The notes: generated by a model from the letters alone, not told the origin. DNA of 20,000 nucleotides from an uncultured virus (IMG/VR IMGVR_UViG_3300037067_023910) (IMGVR_UViG_3300037067_023910); one strand, 5' to 3'; counted from the stretch's first letter, positions 8,040 through 16,323 are shown. Program-made: numbers and translations.

Positions 8040-8113
8040 AAAAAAAAGCCCCGCACCCACGGGGTATTTGAGATAGGACCATTCTGTAGACATTACTCAA
8101 AGGTAGAGTAATG
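8040..8113 (-). terminator. Hairpins plus U8 tract terminating the 8-14 kb unit
   Basis: CATTACTC/GAGTAATG stem (8091-8113), CCCCG/CGGGG stem (8049-8064), then TTTTTTTT on the minus strand. Confidence 0.55.
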
Positions 8114-8130
8114 CACCACACGTCGAAGAA

Positions 8131-8409
8131 TTAGGGAGTATTGGCCTTTAAATAAAACCGGGGCTGTTTTTTTGTCCCAAAGGGGTAAAACAGCAAAAAG
8201 GCCGCCCGGGGCTTCGGTCGTATGTCTCGGAAGGGATACCGGGCCAAGATCTCTTCCAAAGCGTCATTGACCGATGCAGATTTGAGGATCAATTTGACGT
8301 CGGGAGAATGTAATAAGGAAGTGGTGACCCCCACCCCCGTGGGGTAGACCGTGCGTTCATAAATGTAAGCTATTTTTATTACCCCCTTAATATTTCCCCT
8401 CGGGGTCAT
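8131..8409 (-). CDS. Hypothetical protein (start uncertain)
   Basis: Globular-looking YIYERTVYP...FYLKANTP; ends just before the terminator. Confidence 0.5.
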   Translation of the reverse strand: MTPRGNIKGVIKIAYIYERTVYPTGVGVTTSLLHSPDVKLILKSASVNDALEEILARYPFRDIRPKPRAAFLLFYPFGTKKQPRFYLKANTP

Positions 8410-9043
8410 CCGGGTCCAAGGCCTGGTCGGCTTTGGGCGGAAAAATTTGCACCGTAAAGGTGTGGGTGCGGTCAACGGGCTTGGGGAGCCGAAATTGTTG
8501 ACTCCCGGAATATTGTTTCAACTCCACGGGGCCCATGGAAATGGTCTCGGTGGTATTTTCATCAATCACGACCAAGGGATATTTGACCCCGGCTTCGAGG
8601 ATTCCATCATCAATATACGCTTTGGCAATGCGGAACCCGTAACCCGCGTCTTGAAAGATTTCTTTATTATGAATTTCGAGATAGGGGGATCCCTTCAGTA
8701 ACGAAGAATAATTGATTGCGTCGATAAATTTACGGTCTTCTGGCCCTAAGGTCGTTTTGTCCCACAAGGCCGTGAATTTCGTATGGAGGGTTTTGCTGAG
8801 TTTTGAGAGAATATTTTTCGCAAAGGGGACCCAGGCGACTTGGAGGTCATGGCCTGAGGCGATTTTTTCGACCCACTGGTCGCGGAAATCGGCGGGAAGA
8901 ACCTTGAAGGGCACTTCATCGAACTCTTCGAAGGCGATATCGTTCATCCAGCCGCATTTTTGGCATAAAAACCGGGTAGAATCGGTCAACGGGTCATTGG
9001 TAGGGGCCCCACAGTGGAGGCAATTAGGAAGAGGTGTTTGCAT
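8387..9043 (-). CDS. Zn-ribbon protein with C-terminal AbrB-like repeats
   Basis: CLHC...CQKC; GYGFRIAKAYIDDGILEAGVKYPLVV aligns with the 4311/4604 proteins; ATG 9043 after GTGA. Confidence 0.65.
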   Translation of the reverse strand: MQTPLPNCLHCGAPTNDPLTDSTRFLCQKCGWMNDIAFEEFDEVPFKVLPADFRDQWVEKIASGHDLQVAWVPFAKNILSKLSKTLHTKFTALWDKTTLGPEDRKFIDAINYSSLLKGSPYLEIHNKEIFQDAGYGFRIAKAYIDDGILEAGVKYPLVVIDENTTETISMGPVELKQYSGSQQFRLPKPVDRTHTFTVQIFPPKADQALDPDDPEGKY

Positions 9044-9267
9044 ATTTTGATCACATTCTTTACAATTATTATAATGATGGGAAAAAAGGAAAAAAAGGTA
9101 TGGAAAGTACATAATTCTATATTAATTTTCAATCACACCCCGAGCCTGGAAATCTGGCCCGGTTAGTGTCGAAAGGGGCCATTACCCCCATTTCAATTTA
9201 CTACATTGTATAGCATAAGTTTCAATCTCAAGCCCCCCGGGGCATGCCCGGGAGGTCTCGTTGAACT

Positions 9268-9678
9268 TCATTTTTTGACCATGAATTTTACGTTGGGGAA
9301 CTGAAACCGTTTCGAACAAGTCGTCCCCCGGCTAAACCAGACCATAAAGACCACATCTTTCCCATGGTCAGTATCGAGGGGGAGCCGGTCGATGGAATGA
9401 GTGTCTAATTGCACGGCAAAGGGGCTTTCAGTCCCATCGTCAAACCAAATTATCAGCCCGATTATCCCCGGGAAGGAGGGCAACGGCCCTTTTTCGATTT
9501 CTATTTTTTTCATGTCTTGGATTGCTTTCGAGATTTCGGCTTCCTTGGAAGGGGGCACTAAGAGGCGAAAAGCCCCGGCGTTGATACTTAAGTAGAATTT
9601 CCCCGCCTTGCCCATGGGGAGGTCAAAATAGTTCGTGCCGCGGATTTCCCGCCCTTCGTTTTGAATAAAGATTTGCAT
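9268..9678 (-). CDS. Conserved hypothetical protein of plasmid type
   Basis: TNYFD...GKFYLSINAGAFRLLVP...FDDGTESPF...DRLP; recalled (unverified) as a family on bacterial conjugative plasmids; GTGAATAAA before ATG. Confidence 0.7.
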   Translation of the reverse strand: MQIFIQNEGREIRGTNYFDLPMGKAGKFYLSINAGAFRLLVPPSKEAEISKAIQDMKKIEIEKGPLPSFPGIIGLIIWFDDGTESPFAVQLDTHSIDRLPLDTDHGKDVVFMVWFSRGTTCSKRFQFPNVKFMVKK

Positions 9679-9689
9679 TTTATTCACGC

Positions 9690-9794
9690 TTATGAGATGT
9701 TTCTAAAATAAAAAAAGGATCTTGTCCTTGCATATTTTTCAATGGCAACCTGGTCTGCGATACGCAGATCAAAGTGTTGTTGAAGCTTGATCAT
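9690..9794 (-). CDS. Possible 34-aa microprotein
   Basis: MIKLQQHFDLRIADQVAIEKYARTRSFFYFRNIS*, AAGGT upstream; fills the gap. Confidence 0.3.
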   Translation of the reverse strand: MIKLQQHFDLRIADQVAIEKYARTRSFFYFRNIS

Positions 9795-9838
9795 ATTTGG
9801 AATTCGACCTTTAAAAAAATATGGTAAAAAAAAGAGGT

Positions 9839-9991
9839 TCATTTATTTTGATTGGGAAGCGTGGGTTTTACAATCGTGGGTTTTCCGTTCAAGGTCTTCA
9901 GAAAAGACCCGCAAAATTCATTGTCAGATGCCAAGACTCGGGTTCCTGGGGGAAGTTCTTTGAGTTTTTGAATTCTATGTTCCATGTCCAT
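9839..9991 (-). CDS. Small hypothetical protein (50 aa)
   Basis: Not in ORF track: MDMEHRIQKLKELPPGTRV...; strong SD AGGTGA. Confidence 0.6.
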   Translation of the reverse strand: MDMEHRIQKLKELPPGTRVLASDNEFCGSFLKTLNGKPTIVKPTLPNQNK

Positions 9992-10037
9992 GCTATTCAC
10001 CTATTAATTTATTAATTGAGTTAAAAAAACAAAAAAA

Positions 10038-10439
10038 TTAATTGCTTTCGGTGATTTGTTTGCCGGTCCGGGATGAAAACTTTGGAGTGGACTCGTTTTC
10101 ACAATATACAATATGCTCATCTTCAGTGTGGGATGCACATGCATAATGTTCTTCATCACCAAGGTAGCCGGTTTCATTCTCTGAAGTAATTTCAGAGATT
10201 TCATCGCCACAAATGCAACAAAATATTTTATTCGAAGATAATAAATTATGTTGTTCAGCATAAAGCCAAAAATCATCGGGAAATTCACTTACCTCATATT
10301 GCACGAGGTTAATTTTGTCTTCTGCCCGGAGGCAGTCATAAATTCGTTCGGCTAATTCGGCGGAGCCTTCAGAGCCCAGCCCGACGTCAATATAATCAAT
10401 GGCGTCTTGTTTACAGTCGACCATTTTTCGAGTGACCAT
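10038..10439 (-). CDS. Acidic protein with C-terminal Zn-binding motif
   Basis: ATG 10439 after GGTGG; CCICG...CASH; very D/E-rich; lies directly downstream of the hammerhead. Confidence 0.7.
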   Translation of the reverse strand: MVTRKMVDCKQDAIDYIDVGLGSEGSAELAERIYDCLRAEDKINLVQYEVSEFPDDFWLYAEQHNLLSSNKIFCCICGDEISEITSENETGYLGDEEHYACASHTEDEHIVYCENESTPKFSSRTGKQITESN

Positions 10440-10477
10440 ACTATCCACCAATTTTTTTACCTTTAAAAAAAGAGGTT

Positions 10478-10546
10478 TTTTGTTTCGGCCTTGGGACGGC
10501 CCTGGGCAGCGAGGCTCATCAGACCGGGCGATACCCGGTGACAAAA
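10478..10546 (-). ncRNA. Hammerhead self-cleaving ribozyme, type III
   Basis: Minus strand: UUUUG-UC^ACCGGG-uaucg-CCCGGU-CUGAUGA-GCCU...AGGC-C-GAAA-CAAAA; complete core, perfect stems I and III, GUC cleavage triplet (cut between 10540 and 10539); stem II has one extra C. Confidence 0.85.
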
Positions 10547-10565
10547 GGGAGAAAAAACAAAAAGG

Positions 10566-10919
10566 TTAGTCTTCTAAATCGTCTGGGGTCATGTGCCAGA
10601 CATGTTCCCCACAAGACACACAAACTAAGTTTATGCCTCCCTGACCATCGCTTTCTGATCTGATGCGGGTGTCCAAGCAAATTCCCGCTTCCAAATTTGC
10701 TCCGCAAGCAGTCCTATTCTCCATTATTTTCTCGATTTGAAGAACTATTTTTCGCTCTTTTTTATGGAGCGGTTCAGCGAGTTCATGACTACATTTGTGA
10801 CAATATATGGGTTCTAACGCTAAATTATCGCTTGGTTTGCGGACGCCAATTTGAACGCCGCATTCGTGGCAAAAGATTTGAAAATCTTTTGTCCCTTTTA
10901 TAGGTTCAATTGTTTTCAT
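10566..10919 (-). CDS. Double Zn-ribbon protein
   Basis: CHEC, CHKC, CG...CVSC; GTGAATAAAA before ATG. Confidence 0.75.
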   Translation of the reverse strand: MKTIEPIKGTKDFQIFCHECGVQIGVRKPSDNLALEPIYCHKCSHELAEPLHKKERKIVLQIEKIMENRTACGANLEAGICLDTRIRSESDGQGGINLVCVSCGEHVWHMTPDDLED

Positions 10920-10979
10920 TTTTATTCACATTTATTATTTGATTAGATATTCTAATTGAAAAAAGATATTGAAAAAAAA

Positions 10980-11165
10980 TTATGGGAGAGCGTCAGTCCC
11001 AAATTCTGTGATCAGAAAGCGGGAGAGTGTGTCTAAATCGGCAAACAAGCCGCAGCGAGTGAGAGTCTGTACCCAGACCCCAATTTTTCCATCAGGTAAC
11101 ACGCGGTTAAACCCGATCCGAATGGGAATATACATATTTCCCTTTAAAATCCAATATGTGTCCAT
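10980..11165 (-). CDS. Small hypothetical protein (61 aa)
   Basis: SD GGTGA; followed by a U8 tract. Confidence 0.65.
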   Translation of the reverse strand: MDTYWILKGNMYIPIRIGFNRVLPDGKIGVWVQTLTRCGLFADLDTLSRFLITEFGTDALP

Positions 11166-11247
11166 ATTTTCACCAGTTCTGCCCGGTCTCGCAATGGGGC
11201 CGGGGGTCAGAGGGTTGAAAGTAAAAATATAATAAAAAAAATAGAAA

Positions 11248-11418
11248 TTAGAAGGCTAAACTGATTTTTTGGGCTTTGGGGATATATAATTCCACTTGCT
11301 TCCCACATGTGGGGCAAGGTTTCGTGATCGCATTGTCCAGCGAATCTTCAATCTGTCTTTTGACCTCGTGAATTGAAAAAGAAACGAGAGTATTGCAATG
11401 TTTACAGGTTTTTTGCAT
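11248..11418 (-). CDS. Small Zn-ribbon protein (56 aa)
   Basis: Not in ORF track: MQKTCKHCNT...KPCPTCGKQVEL...; SD AGGCGA. Confidence 0.75.
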   Translation of the reverse strand: MQKTCKHCNTLVSFSIHEVKRQIEDSLDNAITKPCPTCGKQVELYIPKAQKISLAF

Positions 11419-11480
11419 GATTTTCGCCTTTCTACCCGTCCTCTGTTAAGAAGGCGGGAAGAAAGAAGAAAAAAGGAAGG

Positions 11481-12182
11481 TTATTTCTTTTGAAGAAAGA
11501 ACCGGACGGCCCCGTCTGTCGTGATAAAGTCCAAGTCTTCAGTCAGGGTCACTTCTCCCATTTTAGGAAAAGTGGAAAGGTCTAAATACAGAATATCGCC
11601 TTCGCATTGGTGAAAGCGGTCCCAGCAAGAAAATTCATCGTTAAATGCGACATATTCTAACTCGTCATATTTGAAAAAGGTCACCGTATTGCATTCGGAC
11701 CGTTTTGTTTCGGTCAAAAAGGCCTGGTTTAAATGTTCCGAATGGTTACTTTGACATATTAGAAATTCCCACTTTGAATTTGATTCGGCGACCCCCCGGT
11801 GGGCAATCAACATGTCGATGGAAAATGTGGAGTTTAATTGCTTGAATTCCACATCGGGCATAGATTTTGAAGGTATTTTATGAAAAAACATACCGTCAAT
11901 GGTCGCATCAAAATACTCCCGGAGTTCACCCCCCATTGATCGCTTTTTTTCTTGGGTAAACTTGATCGTTAATGAATATGCCAGGTTTGTCCCTTTAATC
12001 TTCGATTCGATATGTTTGTTCATTTTTTGGAAAAGGGCCTGAACGGCCTTTTCCCCTTCGGCAATATCGATAAATTTATAATATTTGTCATAACCGATAT
12101 GAATCAAATCATTACGAAAATATAAATCACCGAGTATTTCGCTCTCGAGTTTGAGTAATTTTTGAAGTTCAATTTGCTCCAT
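11481..12182 (-). CDS. Hypothetical protein (233 aa)
   Basis: Long ORF with SD AGGTGA; no motif recognised. Confidence 0.8.
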   Translation of the reverse strand: MEQIELQKLLKLESEILGDLYFRNDLIHIGYDKYYKFIDIAEGEKAVQALFQKMNKHIESKIKGTNLAYSLTIKFTQEKKRSMGGELREYFDATIDGMFFHKIPSKSMPDVEFKQLNSTFSIDMLIAHRGVAESNSKWEFLICQSNHSEHLNQAFLTETKRSECNTVTFFKYDELEYVAFNDEFSCWDRFHQCEGDILYLDLSTFPKMGEVTLTEDLDFITTDGAVRFFLQKK

Positions 12183-12266
12183 TATAATTCACCTGTGATG
12201 CAGCCCTTGGTCTTATTGAAAAAACAGATCGAAAACAGGGGCATAATAAAATAAGAAAGAAAAAAT

Positions 12267-12452
12267 TTAGTGGTATTTCTGGAAGGCCATGTCGATTTGG
12301 GCATCGGTGGCGGGCGGGTGCAAACTCTGCATAATTCGTCGAATTTCACCCGCGAGTTTGCCCATCCGTAATTGGTTTAAGACCAAGTCGTTGACCTGGC
12401 GTTGTTGTTTTAAAATCTTTTGAAAAAAAAAATTATAATTCGATTTTCGCAT
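12267..12452 (-). CDS. Small hypothetical protein (start uncertain)
   Basis: Helical ORF ending before a U-tract. Confidence 0.4.
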   Translation of the reverse strand: MRKSNYNFFFQKILKQQRQVNDLVLNQLRMGKLAGEIRRIMQSLHPPATDAQIDMAFQKYH

Positions 12453-12708
12453 TCCCGATTTGTTGATACACCAGGGCATTAATCAATGTTTTTGTGTATC
12501 TTATCAAAAACTCACCAAATTCGTAAATACAATACCCTTCAGCCTTCTTTTCATTCCAGTCTATATTGACTTGGTTAAGAAACCCGTTTTGGTCTTTAAT
12601 TTGGAATATTTCGATAAATTTTCGTTGAGACAATATTAAAGGCGTACTGCTTCGTTTAGTTAGGATAATAAATACTCCATTCTCGTTAATTTCAGTTAAT
12701 AGACTCAT
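12433..12708 (-). CDS. Hypothetical protein
   Basis: Strong SD GAGGTGA. Confidence 0.7.
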   Translation of the reverse strand: MSLLTEINENGVFIILTKRSSTPLILSQRKFIEIFQIKDQNGFLNQVNIDWNEKKAEGYCIYEFGEFLIRYTKTLINALVYQQIGNAKIEL

Positions 12709-12765
12709 CAAATTTCACCTCTCCCTTTTAGCTTTGAGATAAAGATAAATAGGGGGCAAAAAAGA

Positions 12766-13639
12766 TTATCTTTGAAGAATATAGTCCGCGGCTTTTTGGG
12801 CCTGTTGAGCTGCGATAATTAACATTTGTTTATCAGATCGAAGGGCTTTGAGCCAATCTTGTAAATACGCGGCATTATGGGCCCGAATTCGGGGAGTGAA
12901 AATCCCAGCTTCGGAACATAAAAAGCTGGCGGTCATTTCTGCGACTAATTCTTCTTTAGAATAATCGTGGCTCCCGAAAAAGCTCGCTTGAGCGACCCCG
13001 GCCCGGTTTAACCGGTCTTTATGCCCGGTCGAATGGCCCGACTCATGAAAAAGAGTCGAATAATAGAGTTCTTCCGAGACAAAAGTCTCTTTTTTCGGCA
13101 TATTAATAAAATCGCCCCGCGGGTTATAGTAAGCCGCTTGCTCTTCATATTGAATTTTCGGGCAATCAGTATAGTTTTTCATTATTTCTTCCGCCAATAA
13201 CACAGGATCGAATTTTTTCATTTCTTCGGGGGCCGGAATTTTATCTGCGGGGATGTTTTCGCATTGTTCCACGTTGAACACGTAGTACACGCGGCAATAG
13301 ATAAACGAATGTTCTTCTTCTTCTCCGCCTTCTTCTTCTCCCTCTGCCTTTTCAGTGGTCTTTTTGCCCCAAAAGGTAATTGGGGTGCCTTTTTCGCCTT
13401 TTTTGACCGACCCTTTCAAATCTTTGGCTTGTTTAAAAGTGAGCCAAAAAGGGGATGAAAAACCTTTGATTTGAGCTGTAAAGGCCAAAATCATAATATT
13501 TGCCCCGCGATAGGGCTTTTTTGAAATTAAATTGGTCGGCATTGAATCGCCAGACCACGGCTTCTCCCAGGGTAACTCCCCGGATTCTTCAATTAATTTA
13601 ATCCATTTCTTCTGTGATTTTTTCGTAAGCTGAGACCAT
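12766..13639 (-). CDS. ardC: ArdC-family antirestriction protein (ssDNA-binding domain + zincin-like MPTase domain), with a one-base frameshift near codon 12
   Basis: LPWEKPW, PYRGAN, WLTFKQA, VKKGEKG, YYVFNVEQ, LFHESGHSTGH (HExxH), YSKEELVAE, AAYLQDWL, AQKAADYI. The N-terminus MVSAYEKITEEM (ATG 13639, SD AGTGA) is out of frame by one base at 13603-13604. Confidence 0.93.
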
Positions 13640-13706
13640 TTTTTATCACTTTTCCCTTGCCTTCTGAAATAGAAGGAACATTAGGGAGTGAATCAGATAA
13701 AAAGTC

Positions 13707-13910
13707 TTAAAAAACGGGGATGGATGGGATTATTGGGAGATATTTCATAAAAAACCATCGATTGTTTCCACACGCGTCCGCGTATTTACCTTGTTTTTTA
13801 CAATGATCTAATTCGGATTGAGAATAACCTAATTCGGCGAGGTCAGAGTCAGACATAATTTCTCGGTCTGTCTCATATTTATAAGAATATTCAAAATAGA
13901 GGAACAACAT
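13707..13910 (-). CDS. Small hypothetical protein (67 aa), first gene of the array
   Basis: ATG preceded by the hairpin at 13922-13957. Confidence 0.6.
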   Translation of the reverse strand: MLFLYFEYSYKYETDREIMSDSDLAELGYSQSELDHCKKQGKYADACGNNRWFFMKYLPIIPSIPVF

Positions 13911-14109
13911 AATTTTTTCCCTTTTCTAATCGTTTTACGACAAAAGCGATTAGAAAAAAGAAAAATTAATTTTCTAACAATCTAGCTCGATCGATTGTAA
14001 AAACAAGGGTCATTTTTCGGGTTAGAGAACAGACAAGTTCGCGATCGTAAAAATAACGTACAATTATCGTAGAGTTTTACAATAGATTGTATATTGTCAT
14101 TTTTGAACG

Positions 14110-14320
14110 AGCGGACCCTGGTTAATGTTTATTCTCAGTAATGTCAGTTAAAGAAAAAAAATTCTGAGGGCAAAACATTAAGGTTGAGCTAAAGTAGCCA
14201 TTAAGCCCCATACCCGGGACCTTTTCTATGAATTCCTCTGGAATTATAGACCTACATCCCCCCGGTATTGGCCTTGCCCCGGAGGTCATTTTTTTCAACG
14301 AGTGAAAAAAAGTTTTCTTC
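14110..14320 (-). ncRNA. Candidate structured RNA / long 5' leader
   Basis: No ORF; consecutive stems at 14289-14311, 14259-14285, 14225-14250 and 14122-14181; begins about 25 nt downstream of the TATA at 14350-14343. Confidence 0.45.
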
Positions 14321-14342
14321 TGATCTAATCAAGGGTACAACC

Positions 14343-14369
14343 TATTTAAATGTTTACAATTTTTGTAAA
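14343..14369 (-). promoter_or_regulatory. TATA promoter/operator identical over 20 bp to the AbrB promoter
   Basis: TATTTAAATGTTTACAATTT at 14343-14362 equals 4532-4551; overlapping palindrome TTTACAA-TTT-TTGTAAA. Confidence 0.75.
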
Positions 14370-14456
14370 GTAAATTTATGTTATTTGTAATTGTTATTTT
14401 AATTAAAGAAGAAGTCTATTTTGAAAACGAATTTAAACCACCACACGACCACTCCT

Positions 14457-14479
14457 AAAAACTGAACAAAAATGTACCG
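14457..14479 (+). repeat. 23-bp direct repeat, copy 1
   Basis: AAAAACTGAACAAAAATGTACCG, identical at 16542-16564. Confidence 0.9.
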
Positions 14480-15076
14480 TTTTTTTGAGAACCTTTCTTG
14501 GAAACTTTCCAACAATCTAAAAGGACCTGGACCCCGTCTGTTTTTCTACCTCACTCAAAACCCTTTCAAAATTGACCACCCAAAAAAAACATTTGTGTCA
14601 TTCCTTCAATCTGAACTTAAAAAGATTGTTTTCGTTGACTTTGACAAAAACTCAAAAAAACGATTTAGGGTAATCTGAAATGTGTTTTGTTTCAAGTCCC
14701 ACCAAAAACACAAAAATGTTTTTTTGAACTTTGGGGACCCTGGCGAATCCCCCTTGATTTTTTTGATCTTCTTCTCCCCAGGGTGACTTTTTTTCCGATC
14801 GCGGATCTTCGGTTTTTGAATTTGCGTTTAAAATAAAACGACCTTCCCATCCCCACCAAAAATAAGAAGGGCACCCTTTGGGTCTGCGAAGGGCTTCCTC
14901 TTTTACCTCGGTCTGGAAGGTTTATTTCGCGACCAAAAAAAGTGTGGGCCGAAATACTCCACAAATTTTTGTGGATCCAAGTCGCAAAAAATATTTCCCC
15001 GGGCCATCCCTCCTTCCTTCTGCCTTCCCTCCTCCCAAAGGGCGGAAAGTGTGGGCCAAAAATAAACGCAAAAAAA

Positions 15077-15592
15077 TTAGTGGGTTACTAAAATCTTTAA
15101 CGCTTTCATCACAGTCGATCGGGCATATTTCTCTTCCAATAATTCACACCGGTCATACCATTCTTCCGTAAAGGGGGCCCGGGATAAATAAAACAACAAG
15201 TCTTCAATCCGGGATTTACGGCCCCCCAGTTTATAGTCAAGGCCCGCTTCGATTAGCATACGACGCTCAGACCGGCCCGCTGCTAATTTCACCCCGACTT
15301 TAAAATCGGGCATCTGAAAGTCCAACCTGGTAGTTTTAAAGCCTTGTTGTTCATTTTGCTTTTGTATTTCTTTCAAGTGATCTTTCAACGATAAAAGGAC
15401 ATTCGTCAAATCTCTTTCGATTAAGGTATAGTGCGGGTGGAGGTGATCGGTGATCGTGAAAAGGGCCGTCAACATTTCTTTATCATTGTCATCCCAACAC
15501 GCGTCCAAAATGGTTTGGTGCGTTTGGGAAATATTCTCATTACCAAAGTTATGAGACGTCGGAGCGGAAGCCATACAAACGTCACGGGGCAC
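15077..15592 (-). CDS. Hypothetical protein (171 aa), isolated within the repeat-rich region
   Basis: Only ORF with normal protein composition between 14.0 and 16.7 kb. Confidence 0.7.
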   Translation of the reverse strand: MPRDVCMASAPTSHNFGNENISQTHQTILDACWDDNDKEMLTALFTITDHLHPHYTLIERDLTNVLLSLKDHLKEIQKQNEQQGFKTTRLDFQMPDFKVGVKLAAGRSERRMLIEAGLDYKLGGRKSRIEDLLFYLSRAPFTEEWYDRCELLEEKYARSTVMKALKILVTH

Positions 15593-15794
15593 GATGATTT
15601 AACACTTCGCGACAGAAATGTTTTTTTTAAGTGAAGCCCAGGGGGCCTTTAATATTTGATATATGGTTTGATATCCCCTCTCTTTCTTTGACTTTATCCT
15701 TAACTCAAGAAGAGAAAGGATAGGAATGGAAAAGCCCCTTGGGGAAGAAAAAGGGCTTGAATGGCCCCCACCCCTTTTTCCCTTTCAAATTACA

Positions 15795-15996
15795 AGACCA
15801 TCCACCCCCACCCCCTCCCCGGTCACCCTTGACGGTCAAGCGGGGCCCTTCCAGCCCGTCCTACGGCACGTCGCATAGATTCACCCCGATCAGGGTTTCG
15901 GGCCCCTTTACGCCCCCCCCGCTGCCGCTGGTCCGCTCTCTCTTATACCCTTCCCTGTCCCCTGGATGGGGGGAGGGGATAGGGGGTGGATGGTCT
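15795..15996. repeat. Long C-rich/G-rich inverted repeat
   Basis: AGACCATCCACCCCC-ac-CCCCTCCCC (15795-15820) versus its reverse complement at 15970-15996. Confidence 0.85.
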
Positions 15997-16148
15997 ATTC
16001 GTTTTCCCCCTTTGATAGGAAGCCTTTTTGGGCCCGTGACGGGGGCAAAATACCCCGGTTTTCGCCTTCAAACCCAAGGACGTTTTTTCGAATTCCGAAA
16101 ATATGGGGTGAAAAGCGGTGATTTTCAAGGGTCATATTCTCAAAAAGT

Positions 16149-16323
16149 GGTCTCGGGGAGTCTCAAAATGAAGGCGAAAAACCCATAGAAAAGCCGTGTA
16201 TATGGTAATGAGACTTTGTGAGACTTAAAGTAAGTCTCGGGGAGTCTCAATAAGAGTCAAGAAAATGACAAGAAAACCGAAGATGGGACTCTATGAGACT
16301 CTAAGTAAGTCTCGGAGAGTCTC
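16149..16323. repeat. Iteron/centromere-like array GAGACT-N4-GAGACT-N7-AGTCTC-N4-AGTCTC
   Basis: Full units at 16210-16248 and 16285-16323, half unit at 16149-16164. Confidence 0.9.

Noticed and set aside
10487..10503. Twister-like GUCCCAAG loop
   Set aside because: Remaining twister elements are absent; it lies within hammerhead stem II
11481..12182. PCNA/sliding-clamp similarity of the C-terminus
   Set aside because: Only a vague beta-strand pattern; not supportable without a profile search
14472..15171. ORFs 14472..14678, 14692..14964 and 14878..15171
   Set aside because: K/F-rich translations of A/T tracts in a repeat-rich region, with no SD or domain signal
15739..16188. 149-aa plus-strand Pro/Gly-rich ORF and antisense 15943..16128
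   Set aside because: Composition reflects C/G runs of the inverted repeat; no SD; likely non-coding
16149..16323. CRISPR array
   Set aside because: Only two full units plus a half unit, imperfect and unevenly spaced, with hexamer substructure and no cas genes; a better fit to protein-binding sites
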